A stretch of DNA of 56,866 bases, taken from the NCBI GenBank assembly GCA_964583965.1, contig CAZOYI010000230.1, positions 1 through 56,866 of the forward strand, read 5' to 3'. The notes under the pieces were generated by a model. That model was not told the origin of the DNA, did not search any database, and saw nothing but the letters and a program-made list of their open reading frames with translations. Source of the DNA: an uncultured Caldisericota bacterium. GTDB taxonomy: Bacteria > Caldisericota > Caldisericia > UBA6126. Shown here piece by piece: positions 47,357 through 56,866 of the stretch; position 1 is the first letter of the stretch, and every line of letters begins with the position of its first letter. The position numbers were made by a program, and so were the translations under genes.

Positions 47357-50300
47357 ATGTTTCAAAATAAAGCGAATAGATGGATAATTTCCGCCTTCAT
47401 ATGTGTCATGGTAATGTTTTCTGGAAATAGTGGAATGCAAGCTTTGTCTTCAAGGAGTTCATGGTTACATGTTCAAAAAAACAATTCTGTATGGATATAC
47501 ACTGTGTCGATACAACCTCAAGACATCGTGATAGAACAGGCAAACGGTATGTTTACTTTTCATCTGCAAAATTGTAATACTTTACAAGTACCCGGACAAC
47601 CCACTCTTCTTTACTCTAGTATATCGCAAAAAGTAACGCACAATGCAGATATTTTTATCCAAAACATTGTGTGGAGTCCTTTGGAAATAAATGGAAAATT
47701 CATATCAAAGAAACATATACAACAATCATCTCCAATGTACACTACAAATAATAAGAAAGAACAATTACAACAATGTGAACTCCCCGGAAGCGTTGTGGAT
47801 CATATTATCACAGGTGATTCCTTTAATGCAGTATGTATAATTCAAGTATATCCTCTTCAAATTCGATCCGGTATCGTTTTTTTTGCAAAACAGCTTTCTT
47901 TTCTTCTCATCCCTCGTTTAGATGAACCTTTTCGCTCTGAAATACAAGATGGAAAAAAAGAAATCATTATTTGTCCGGACGCCTGGGAGTCTTCTGCAAA
48001 CAGATTAAAAATTCTACATGCACAAAAAGGCTTTTCCAGTGAAATTGTTTCACTATCAGAAGTGCAACAATCTACATTTTCTTCACTTCAAAAAAATCGG
48101 AGCATAGGTTCGTTTCAAGATGTTACCCAAACGAACAAAAAATACCTGGGTCACCTTGAAAACTGGAATTATCCATTAGCTCTCCAAATACAAGCTTTCT
48201 TACAAAATAGAATGAAAACAAATCCATATCAATATATCACACTGCTTGGAGACAGTACGTTAGTTCCTGCTTCAATATATACTAGCTTGCGTCGTTTCAA
48301 TTTTTCTCAATTCCATGATTTTTACAACGAAATCATCCCCTCTGATTTTTTTTATATGTCCCCAAACGGTGGAGGAAATAATCTCGTGTTGGAAAGCTTC
48401 CTTGGCAGAATACCTGTTAGATCATCGGAAGAATGCGATCGATACATCGAAAAAATCGCATGTTGGAATCAAGATCTAGATATAGAATGGTTTTCTAAAA
48501 AAGCACTAGTGGGGGGTGATCTTTTTCACCATGATTATGTTGGCGAACTTTTGTGTCAACACCTTATTGAAATCATGCAGCCTACCGAAAACACTATCGA
48601 TAAATTTTATTTAACCGATAACAGATGTAATGACACTGAAGTTTCTCGTTTGCTTCAAAATGGACATTATGGTTTTGTGAACGTCTGTTCACACGGTTCT
48701 GGAAGTGAAATTCGTTTAGAACCAGGCTTTATAGATGTTCGTGATTGCATGAATTTTCGACAAGAAACCGCATTGCCTATCGTTTTTAGTTACTCGTGTA
48801 TGAATGGGGCATATGACACAAGAGATTCAGGAATTTCATACGAGACAGATCCTGTTTTTGGGTATCCAACTTCATTTGGTCAATCTTTGCTATTATCACC
48901 AGCTGGTGCAATTGCTTTTGTTGGGGGTTCACGAGTAAATTATTCTAGTTTCTTCATTCAAACAGACTCCCAGGGTGAGATTTATTACAGCAACCCACAA
49001 CTGATGGATGCAATGTGTACGCAGTTTTTCAGCTCTATATCGTCTTCGGAAACCTTGGGAGAAATGTGCAAAAAAACTCTCCAGGGATATGTTCTTGAAA
49101 ATGTGCATCACGATTTTTCACTTCAAAGTTTTGTTAGTTTCACGCTTCTAGGAGATCCAACTATTCAAATACTTCAACCAGAAAAAATAAATCCGCCCAC
49201 AACTTGTGAAATAAATGTCGATATTGAATCGCTTGTGGAAATAAAGGACGCCTATCGCTATGATAATTTTTTTTTAGATTCCTCAACTCCCTTGCAGATC
49301 AATTTTTCAACATTCGGTAAACTAATCATTTTTGACTATAACAACCCAGATAAAAGGCTTTTTGAGAAGGATGTTTCACATAAAACAATGGAACTCATTG
49401 AATCTCTTCCGTCAATAAAGATCTGTGTGCGGTTTATCCACGCTTTGGGGTATGAAAGAAGATTTTTGATCCGTGTTTCAAAATCAAAAAATGTGATCGC
49501 TAATTTTCCCTTCACACAGATTAAACATGTTTATCCTACCGAATCTTTACCATATTTCTATCAAATATCAAATACGGGATATCAAACCATAGAAAAGGTT
49601 TCTTCTTCTATTTCAATCAGGGATATTTCTGGCAACATTCTTTTTTTGGATGAACGAGAAATTCTTAATATAGAACCTTTGGAGTCTTTGACAGAAAGAT
49701 TCTTGATCACTATACCATTTATAGAGGGAAAATACACAGTCACATTATCTTTGTCTTACTTAAATGGAAATGATCAAATTCAGCAATATGAGAATTCTTA
49801 CAATATTGAAGTTTCTCAACATGTAAATCACTACCGTATAGGAATACCGGTGAATTCTCGTATGCCCGTTGGCATTACTCGATCTATCCCTGTCGAGAAG
49901 TTAAATGATGCTCATTCTCAATCTACTGAATTAGGAGATAAAACCTTTGAGTATTGTATTTTCCCATCCAATGCAGTGGATCACTACGTTCTCCACGGTA
50001 TACTGCTTTTTGATGATGATTGGCAAGATTTCTCTGAAAAAATATCTACTTCAATCATTGATCAAGTTTTTGATTTCGCTGATCATGGTGGGGTTGTTCT
50101 TGGTTTCGCTCCAAATAGTTATCATCAGGATGTTAATTCTTTACTTCTTCAATACTTCGGGATTGATACCAATACTTTTTCATTCACAAATTACAGTCGT
50201 CACCTGGAACCACTTCGAATTATTCAGGAGGAAATCAGTGTGTACCAAAAGGACGTGTATTTTATTCCATCAAGAGCAAATTGGGAACCTTTTTTCCCCT

Positions 50301-50527
50301 TCTCGTGGAATGATATATCAATCAGAGAAAGTTTTGTTCTGGCAGGCATTTCGCAAGATCAACGAGTTGGTTTTATACACAACGATAAAAATTGTTTTTT
50401 TGTTTCTTGTAGTTTTTTATCACTCGATCCTTACAAAGTATCAGATGATGTACTGTTGTTTATAGAAGATATCATGTCATCTCAAGCAGGAAACAATCCA
50501 GTTTCCTCTATCGCAAAGCTTGAATAA
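47357..50527 (+). CDS. Exported peptidase C25 (gingipain family) with propeptide and C-terminal extensions
   Basis: YITLLGD..VP, SDFFY, GRIPV, HG (catalytic His), SCMNG (catalytic Cys), GAIAFVG, LLGDP. Confidence 0.85.
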   Translation: MFQNKANRWIISAFICVMVMFSGNSGMQALSSRSSWLHVQKNNSVWIYTVSIQPQDIVIEQANGMFTFHLQNCNTLQVPGQPTLLYSSISQKVTHNADIFIQNIVWSPLEINGKFISKKHIQQSSPMYTTNNKKEQLQQCELPGSVVDHIITGDSFNAVCIIQVYPLQIRSGIVFFAKQLSFLLIPRLDEPFRSEIQDGKKEIIICPDAWESSANRLKILHAQKGFSSEIVSLSEVQQSTFSSLQKNRSIGSFQDVTQTNKKYLGHLENWNYPLALQIQAFLQNRMKTNPYQYITLLGDSTLVPASIYTSLRRFNFSQFHDFYNEIIPSDFFYMSPNGGGNNLVLESFLGRIPVRSSEECDRYIEKIACWNQDLDIEWFSKKALVGGDLFHHDYVGELLCQHLIEIMQPTENTIDKFYLTDNRCNDTEVSRLLQNGHYGFVNVCSHGSGSEIRLEPGFIDVRDCMNFRQETALPIVFSYSCMNGAYDTRDSGISYETDPVFGYPTSFGQSLLLSPAGAIAFVGGSRVNYSSFFIQTDSQGEIYYSNPQLMDAMCTQFFSSISSSETLGEMCKKTLQGYVLENVHHDFSLQSFVSFTLLGDPTIQILQPEKINPPTTCEINVDIESLVEIKDAYRYDNFFLDSSTPLQINFSTFGKLIIFDYNNPDKRLFEKDVSHKTMELIESLPSIKICVRFIHALGYERRFLIRVSKSKNVIANFPFTQIKHVYPTESLPYFYQISNTGYQTIEKVSSSISIRDISGNILFLDEREILNIEPLESLTERFLITIPFIEGKYTVTLSLSYLNGNDQIQQYENSYNIEVSQHVNHYRIGIPVNSRMPVGITRSIPVEKLNDAHSQSTELGDKTFEYCIFPSNAVDHYVLHGILLFDDDWQDFSEKISTSIIDQVFDFADHGGVVLGFAPNSYHQDVNSLLLQYFGIDTNTFSFTNYSRHLEPLRIIQEEISVYQKDVYFIPSRANWEPFFPFSWNDISIRESFVLAGISQDQRVGFIHNDKNCFFVSCSFLSLDPYKVSDDVLLFIEDIMSSQAGNNPVSSIAKLE

Positions 50528-50581
50528 ATGTTATCATTTGTGTGTTGTATTTTGAATGAATAAGAGTTTTTTTATGAGGAC

Positions 50582-51388
50582 ATGATGATTAGTATTTCTA
50601 ACGGATTGTTATTGACTTTTTTTGGATATCTTGTTGGATCGATTCCTTCTGCTCTTATTATTGGTAAGTTAAAAACTGGCAAAGACATCCGTAAAAACGA
50701 ATACAAAAACATGGGTGCAAACAACGTGTATCACTCTGTTGGAAAGATATGGGGAGTTTTTACTTTTGCCTGCGATTTTCTTAAAGGATATATCCCCACT
50801 ACCATTGGTTATTTTTTATTTACTAACGAATTCATTCATGGTGGGTGGTTTTTGGGAATTGCAGGATCGACAATATGTGGCCACAATTGGCCTATTTTCG
50901 CTAACTTCAAGGGTGGTAAAGGAGCTTCTACTGCAGCTGGGGTTTCCTTTGCAGTCTTTCCTTTTATTAGTCTGTTGTTGGTGCCCTTGCTGGTCATCAT
51001 GAATGCACTCACAAAAAACATTTCTTTGGCAGCTGGTATTTGCTTCTCTTTGGTACCACTTTTTGTGTTCACAAAAACTTACAATCCATATGAGGGATAT
51101 GTTAGCATTCTCATACCCATATTAATATTGCCAAAGATTGTTCCTTTGTTTGTAAAGATGATGCGCGACAGCAAACACAATCCAAAAGAAATGTGGTTCA
51201 TTCTCATATATGGCTTTAAAAGAGCAGCGGAATACTCTGCTAAACAATCCTCCCTTCTATCAAGACGTATAAAAAATAGTGGTAGAGATATTTTTTCAAA
51301 ATCAACCAATTTAAAGCATTCGATTTTCCATGATCCGGAAAAAGATTCGAATAGAAAGAGGGATCTAGATGAAAGCGAAAAGGTATAA
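50582..51388 (+). CDS. plsY: Glycerol-3-phosphate acyltransferase
   Basis: YLVGSIP, DIR...NMGANNV, DFLKG, GHNWP.F..FKGGKG. Confidence 0.92.
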   Translation: MMISISNGLLLTFFGYLVGSIPSALIIGKLKTGKDIRKNEYKNMGANNVYHSVGKIWGVFTFACDFLKGYIPTTIGYFLFTNEFIHGGWFLGIAGSTICGHNWPIFANFKGGKGASTAAGVSFAVFPFISLLLVPLLVIMNALTKNISLAAGICFSLVPLFVFTKTYNPYEGYVSILIPILILPKIVPLFVKMMRDSKHNPKEMWFILIYGFKRAAEYSAKQSSLLSRRIKNSGRDIFSKSTNLKHSIFHDPEKDSNRKRDLDESEKV

Positions 51389-53558
51389 CTCTTTTATCTC
51401 TAAATGTCTTGTCTGTTTGATCATACTTTTTTTGGTCATTTCTCCGTTGTCTATTTTTGCAGATTCTAACCATACTTGGTATTCGATAGGACATGGACCA
51501 ATAGAGGGTGAATTAGGATATCCGATACGGATATGTATGGATCAAGAATCTAACATTCTAGTTTTAGATGGTTTAAAGGCAAGTATCAGTAGATTTAGTG
51601 TATCTAGTAAACTATTGAACGCCTTCCCTGTTTATCTACCGAACTCAAATTACCATTCAGCAATTGGAATTCAGGCTTCATTGGACAAGGAAATCTATCT
51701 TCGGGTAGACAATTTTCTCTATATTTATTCCACGGATGGCTCTTTGATGAAGACGTTTCAGTTAAATACAATGAAGGGTTTCATCGGTAATGTAGGAAAT
51801 CGTATTGTAGCAGTAAAAGATCGGCTTGTTGTGTTCAAAGAGCAATCTCAAGGCAAAGCATGGATCGGTTCTACGGAAGATAACGACTTTATAGCGCAAG
51901 AATTACTAGACGACGAAGGAAAAGCTATTCCAACCATCGACATAGCGGTCTCAAAAGAATCAATATATCTTCTTAGTGCTCCCTATGGGGATCTTCGAAA
52001 TTCTCATGCCACACTATATCAGTTTAGCCATTCTGGTACTTATCAAAAAAAGAATAAACTTTCTGATCTTCAATACTTCCCTACCCAGATATCTTGTCAT
52101 CCAGATGGATATCTCTCTTTTTTTAGTCACCCCTCCTATTACTACATTTTGGAGCAGGAGGCGTTTACAATTATTGCACAAGGAGAGTATAACAATTCTA
52201 TCTCATTTTCTTCCCAAAATGAGTTTGATATGTGCAGTTTCTCTCAAAAATCAATATTGATTTGTAATCCTGACAAAGGCATTGAGGTTGTCACCAATAG
52301 TGACAGCAGTATCTTTGTTCCGATATGTTCTTCTGAAACAATTTCACCGTATCGAATAACAGGCGATAAGATTAATATTTTTACTTTTAATCTTCTTTCA
52401 AACTCTGTGAGTTACTACCACAATGACACATTAAAAAAAACCACCCCACTGAATCAAATTTTATCATTGGTCAATGTGACAGACTTTAGTACTGATGTTC
52501 AGTTGTTCATGGACAGCGAGGAAACCATATTCATTGTTATAAAAGGAATTAAGCTGACAATTCTTCGTTATAATATACTAAAACATACAGCCTCATCCAT
52601 AGAGTTTCCTACATATATTCCTCCAAAAGCAAGCGTATATTATCGCTCTAAAGATCAGAAGTTTTTTGTTCTTTCGTGGTTTGACGGCATTTTATATTCC
52701 TTCAATACAAAAGGAGAAGAGTCTTTAAAATTAGAAATTTCATCATTAAAAAACCAACCAGCATTTACTTCGCAAAGCTCAATTTGTGTTGATGAGTCTG
52801 GTTTTTTGTATATTTTACTTCCAGCATTGAAAAAAGTACGAGTTATCGATTCGAAAGGGTATTTGGTAGCAGAATTCGCACTACCCATGGAGGGACTTTA
52901 TTCGGATATTCACCTTTCTGGTTCGATTTTATCCATTCTTAACTCCACCAATGGTTCAATATTGTTCTGTACAAAAAGGGGTGAAGAACTTTTTTCTGCT
53001 GGAGAAAATGGGGTAATCCTTTATCCTTCAAATGCCGAAGGATACCAAGAAAAAAAGGGATATTTCAATTATCCCTGTGACATCTGGAGTACAGAAGAAT
53101 ACGTATATATCGCCGATACAGGAAACTCACGAATACAAATATTAACACTAGGAGATTCCGGGTCGACTCCTAAAAAAAGAACGACAATCGTTTTACAGAT
53201 TGGTTCTAAATCTGCCTATATCGACAACACCAGAGTAGAACTAGACGAAGCCCCTTTTACTGAAAACGGCAGAACTCTTGTCCCGTTCCGTTTTATAGGG
53301 GAAGCATTAAATGCAGAAATTTTCTGGGATAGTAATCAGAAAAAAGCTTCTTACATCCTAGATGGCAATCGGGTAGATGTAATAGTAGGAAGCACCACTG
53401 CCTACTTGAATGGAGAAGAAGTAACACTGGATGTTCCTCCAATGATAAAAAATGGTCGGACTTTTGTTCCCATCCGTTTTGTAACGGAAGCATTAGGGGC
53501 ATCGGTCATATGGGAAGCAAACACCAAAAAGATATATATCACGTATCCGGGCCAATAA
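51369..53558 (+). CDS. Exported NHL-like beta-propeller protein with C-terminal stalk domain
   Basis: GELGYP.RI, FNYP.DI...YIADTGNSRIQ, RTLVPFRFIGE / RTFVPIRFVTE. Confidence 0.85.
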   Translation: MKAKRYNSFISKCLVCLIILFLVISPLSIFADSNHTWYSIGHGPIEGELGYPIRICMDQESNILVLDGLKASISRFSVSSKLLNAFPVYLPNSNYHSAIGIQASLDKEIYLRVDNFLYIYSTDGSLMKTFQLNTMKGFIGNVGNRIVAVKDRLVVFKEQSQGKAWIGSTEDNDFIAQELLDDEGKAIPTIDIAVSKESIYLLSAPYGDLRNSHATLYQFSHSGTYQKKNKLSDLQYFPTQISCHPDGYLSFFSHPSYYYILEQEAFTIIAQGEYNNSISFSSQNEFDMCSFSQKSILICNPDKGIEVVTNSDSSIFVPICSSETISPYRITGDKINIFTFNLLSNSVSYYHNDTLKKTTPLNQILSLVNVTDFSTDVQLFMDSEETIFIVIKGIKLTILRYNILKHTASSIEFPTYIPPKASVYYRSKDQKFFVLSWFDGILYSFNTKGEESLKLEISSLKNQPAFTSQSSICVDESGFLYILLPALKKVRVIDSKGYLVAEFALPMEGLYSDIHLSGSILSILNSTNGSILFCTKRGEELFSAGENGVILYPSNAEGYQEKKGYFNYPCDIWSTEEYVYIADTGNSRIQILTLGDSGSTPKKRTTIVLQIGSKSAYIDNTRVELDEAPFTENGRTLVPFRFIGEALNAEIFWDSNQKKASYILDGNRVDVIVGSTTAYLNGEEVTLDVPPMIKNGRTFVPIRFVTEALGASVIWEANTKKIYITYPGQ

Positions 53559-53573
53559 ACTTTTACCAGATTG

Positions 53574-54632
53574 CTACTTCCTTAAATAGACTTTCCCTTT
53601 TTCAGCAACCAATGATAAACCAGGAATCGTTAGTTTTGGGTAAGGATTTCTTTTGATTGTGCCAATCTTTTTATGTGCAATCCCTTCTTCTTCCATAAGG
53701 TTGTGGGCGCTTTTATACTCGCTTTCAGATAAGATTGCTACAAAACCTAATCCCATATTGAAATCTTTGTACATTTCTTCTGTAGGAATTTCACCAACTT
53801 CCTGAATGGTTTGAAAAATGGAAGGAACAGGTAGTGGCTCTTCGATACTATATTCCACAGAAGAATCCAAACGAAGAATATTCAACAATCCATCGCCCGT
53901 AATATTGGCGAAACCTTTCACTTTACATTTTTCCAGTAGCGCTAAGGCAGTTTTTACATAGATTTCTGTGGGAGCGAGTAACTCAAGTAGTAAATCCTTT
54001 GGCGGGGACTTAAATTCACTTAACAGAACTTTTCTTGCCAAAGTAAATCCATTGCTATGTAGACCAGAACTGGGGAAGCCAACCATAACGTCAGTTTCTT
54101 CAATATTTTTCCCTGTAATGATGTTATCCTTATTTACAATGCCAATAGCAGTTCCAACAAGATCAAAAGCGTTTTTCTTTGGGTGAAGTAAGTCTCGTAC
54201 TTGTGCAATTTCGCCACCTGGAATGGGTACATTTGCTCTTTTACAGCCTTCGTATAAGCCAATAGCAATTTGCTCCATCATCACAGAATCGTAATCTGCT
54301 ACAGCAATATAGTCTAAAAAGCTTATGGGTTCAGCTCCAACGCATATTAAATCATTCACATTCATGGCTACACAATCAATTCCAATGGTGTCGTATTTTT
54401 CTAGTTGTTCGGCAATCAGTAATTTTGTACCTACACCGTCTGTTGAGACAGCGAGACCAATATCTTGATTCAAATGAACTACATTTGCAAAAAAACCTAT
54501 GGGCAAGAGAACATGTCCTGATTCGTTATTGGAGCGGAAGGCAAAAGTTTGATTCACCCAATGCAACAATCCTTGCATTGCACTTCCGTCTGCGAGTGTT
54601 TGTACGCCGGCTTCTTTGTATAAATCTTTCAT
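53574..54632 (-). CDS. purM: Phosphoribosylformylglycinamidine cyclo-ligase (AIR synthetase)
   Basis: YKEAGV, STDGVGTK, DCVAMNVND, GGE, SSGLHSNGFTL, FNMG.G. Confidence 0.95.
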   Translation of the reverse strand: MKDLYKEAGVQTLADGSAMQGLLHWVNQTFAFRSNNESGHVLLPIGFFANVVHLNQDIGLAVSTDGVGTKLLIAEQLEKYDTIGIDCVAMNVNDLICVGAEPISFLDYIAVADYDSVMMEQIAIGLYEGCKRANVPIPGGEIAQVRDLLHPKKNAFDLVGTAIGIVNKDNIITGKNIEETDVMVGFPSSGLHSNGFTLARKVLLSEFKSPPKDLLLELLAPTEIYVKTALALLEKCKVKGFANITGDGLLNILRLDSSVEYSIEEPLPVPSIFQTIQEVGEIPTEEMYKDFNMGLGFVAILSESEYKSAHNLMEEEGIAHKKIGTIKRNPYPKLTIPGLSLVAEKGKVYLRK

Positions 54633-54726
54633 TCTGTTCTCCTTTGGTGGATGTTACCGCTATTATATAATTTCTTTCTTTCGTGGTAAAATGGTGGTGA
54701 AAACTTTCATTATTCTGGAGAAGGAT

Positions 54727-55443
54727 ATGCCAAACAAAGACTTATTTAATTCTATTTCAAATCGCTACGATGACTGGTACAAAACTCCTTTGGGTGAATT
54801 TGTTGACCAGTTAGAATATAAACTTTTGTTTAAACACTGTGGCAATCTTATGGGAAAGAGAGTATTGGATGTTGGTTGTGGTACTGGTATCTACAGCATG
54901 CGTTTTGCCAATATGGGGGCACATGTAACAGCAATTGACCCATCCAACAAAATGCTTTCCACTGCAAAAGAAAAAACAAAGCATTTTGTTGTTCCCATTC
55001 ATTTCATTGAATCCAATGCCGAAGACCTTCCGTTTCAAGACAATAGTTTTGACATTGTATTTGCTTGCAGTTCTCTTGAATTTGTTGAAGATATTGGACA
55101 AACGATGGTAGAGTTGCATCGTGTTTTATCCCCAGGAGGCAAAGCGGTTTTTGGAGTTTTAAATCAAGAATCGATATGGATCCAATCCTTAATGGGACAA
55201 CCTAATTTTGAAGATACCATTTACGCAAATGCCAATTTTTTTACTTACAGAAGCTTTCTTCGTCTTTTTCACACCTTTCCTTCTTTTTCCACACCTAACA
55301 TTGAGTCTACTGTCTTTTTGAATTACCACCCTGCGCTCTACTTAGAACCTGAGGCACCAACTATTGAGTTTTTTCGTCGGTTGATTAGACCACTCAAGGG
55401 AGCCTTTTTGGTGGGCTCAGCAAGAAAAGAAAACGAATCTTAA
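54727..55443 (+). CDS. Class I SAM-dependent methyltransferase
   Basis: VLDVGCGTG, AEDLPFQDNSFD, RVLSPGG. Start reassigned to ATG 54727. Confidence 0.9.
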   Translation: MPNKDLFNSISNRYDDWYKTPLGEFVDQLEYKLLFKHCGNLMGKRVLDVGCGTGIYSMRFANMGAHVTAIDPSNKMLSTAKEKTKHFVVPIHFIESNAEDLPFQDNSFDIVFACSSLEFVEDIGQTMVELHRVLSPGGKAVFGVLNQESIWIQSLMGQPNFEDTIYANANFFTYRSFLRLFHTFPSFSTPNIESTVFLNYHPALYLEPEAPTIEFFRRLIRPLKGAFLVGSARKENES

Positions 55444-55523
55444 TTTGATTTTCATTTGCAGTTTACTATACTACTTTCCTTGCAACTATTTATATTGATT
55501 TTTGTGTTATTAAGGAGATATTG

Positions 55524-55727
55524 ATGAACGTTCCGAAAAAGAAAAGAACCGCACGGAGAAACAATCATCGTAGGGCAATGCAAAAGTTGACCCCATTACA
55601 ATTGACTCGATGTTCAAGTTGTAATAAGTTGATTCTCCCCCATACGGTATGCAAATACTGTGGTCATTACGGCACAGAAAGTGTTATTGCTATTAAAGAA
55701 AAAACAGAGAAACCGGCCACGGCTTGA
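55524..55727 (+). CDS. rpmF: 50S ribosomal protein L32 (Zn-ribbon C+ form)
   Basis: VPKKK..., CSSC...PHTVCKYCGHY, immediately upstream of plsX. Confidence 0.95.
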   Translation: MNVPKKKRTARRNNHRRAMQKLTPLQLTRCSSCNKLILPHTVCKYCGHYGTESVIAIKEKTEKPATA

Positions 55728-56719
55728 CACGCATAGCTCTAGATGCTCTTGGTGGTGATCTAGGCTATACAACCAGGCTTCAAGGTGCTCTAGACGCCAT
55801 CATAAGCAGCAACGATGTTCATATTACTGTTGTTGGTGATCACGATTCAATAGATAACACTCTGCAACAGGGTGATTATCTTCTGTATCGTGATCATTTT
55901 TCTATTGTACATGCCCCTGATCACTTCCCCATGGATGAATCCCCCTCGAGAATACTGAAATCAGGGAAAACGTCTTCTCTTTATCAATCCATCCAGCTTG
56001 TACAAAATCAATCTTGTGATGCGATAGTTAGCGCTGGAAATACGGGTGCCCAAATGGCAGCTTCATTGTTTCTGCTTGGTAGAATTGAAGGCATTTCCCG
56101 CCCTGGTATTGCAATACCCTTCCCAACCAACAAGGGTATAAGCACATTGATTGATGCAGGGGCCAACTTAGATAGTAAACCAGAAAATCTCCTTGATTTT
56201 GCTTTAATGGGCACAACCTACCACTCCTTAATGTTTTCCTATCCTGAGCCAAAAGTTGCCATTATCAATAACGGAGGCGAGCCTTCAAAGGGGAATAGTT
56301 TAACAAAGGCTGCATATTCTTTGTTCAAAGAAAAAATCCCTTCTTCTTTTCAAGGTTATGTGGAAGGAAGAGATTTGTTTAATGGTGATATCCAAGTAAT
56401 GGTGTGTGATGGTTTTGTTGGAAACATCATTTTAAAAACTGTCGAAGGATCCATGATATTCATTAAAGAATTCTTTAGAAAAGAAATCTCTTCATCTCTA
56501 AAGCATACACTTGGGGGGCTTCTCTTAAAAGACAGCTTCTCCTCTCTAAAAAAAATGTTGGATTATCGCGAATATGGTGGATCACCCCTGCTTGGTGTTA
56601 AAGGAATATCCATCATTTGCCACGGTTCTTCAGACCATCTAGCAATTAAAAACGCGGTTTTACAAGCCACAAAATTACACAAACAAAACTTCATTCAAAA
56701 AATAACCCCCAGATTGTAA
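55724..56719 (+). CDS. plsX: Phosphate acyltransferase PlsX
   Basis: IALDALGGD, SAGNTGA, DAGAN, CDGFVGNIILK, YGGSPLLG, HGSS. Confidence 0.96.
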   Translation: MTRIALDALGGDLGYTTRLQGALDAIISSNDVHITVVGDHDSIDNTLQQGDYLLYRDHFSIVHAPDHFPMDESPSRILKSGKTSSLYQSIQLVQNQSCDAIVSAGNTGAQMAASLFLLGRIEGISRPGIAIPFPTNKGISTLIDAGANLDSKPENLLDFALMGTTYHSLMFSYPEPKVAIINNGGEPSKGNSLTKAAYSLFKEKIPSSFQGYVEGRDLFNGDIQVMVCDGFVGNIILKTVEGSMIFIKEFFRKEISSSLKHTLGGLLLKDSFSSLKKMLDYREYGGSPLLGVKGISIICHGSSDHLAIKNAVLQATKLHKQNFIQKITPRL

Positions 56720-56771
56720 AATTCCTCTACAATTGGGCATACTTAAGTAAAGAAGCTTGATAATAAAATAT

Positions 56772-56866
56772 GGGGGTGTAATGGTTTCGACAGTAGGATT
56801 GCACTATGTCGGCAAGCCGGAGATGATACTTGGCTCCGTTAAAAATGTATCAAAACAATATTTGCC
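56772..56866 (+). ncRNA. ssrA: tmRNA, 5' part (truncated by the window end)
   Basis: GGGGGTGTAATGGTTTCGAC 5' end. PK1 stems CGGAG(56818-22)/CTCCG(56834-38) and TGATAC(56824-29)/GTATCA(56847-52). The window ends at a probable GCC resume codon. Confidence 0.88.

Noticed and set aside
68-56252. Numerous 60-170 aa ORFs antisense or out of frame within larger genes (e.g. 68-292, 10591-11085, 49947-50465)
   Set aside because: Shadow ORFs overlapping well-supported genes, with no recognisable motifs.

Overview
AT-rich bacterial chromosomal window, densely coding, with no integrase, transposase, CRISPR array or prophage module visible. It mixes core genes (dgt, ispG, mnmG, purM, plsY, rpmF-plsX, tRNA-Leu(CAA), 5' end of tmRNA), many amino-acid and peptide catabolism genes (sdaAA/AB, ltaE, gcvH/PA/PB, pruA, ALDH7-type dehydrogenase, C25 peptidase, amidohydrolase), an SbcCD-like YhaO/YhaN pair, transporters, and several exported beta-propeller or copper-amine-oxidase-N-terminal ('stalk') domain proteins. 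That last repertoire suggests a Caldisericota-like or Bacillota-like anaerobe (inference only). Signals not explained by the gene list: (1) a ~520-bp intergenic DnaA-box cluster with two tandem box pairs, ~11 kb from a perfect parS and mnmG but with no dnaA nearby (candidate detached oriC); (2) at least six genes whose ATG lies 6-7 nt after a -10 hexamer with no usable Shine-Dalgarno (leaderless mRNAs); (3) a receiver-PAS-PAS-kinase protein that has lost its phosphotransfer motifs; (4) a stand-alone Schlafen/AlbA_2 gene coupled to an orphan PmbA-like gene, a 24-aa sORF and a homopolymer-interrupted membrane ORF; (5) a phage-type PD-(D/E)XK nuclease in an operon with a dGTPase and a lipoprotein; (6) a motif-divergent MnmG. 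All family calls come from motif recognition by eye; no database searches were run.
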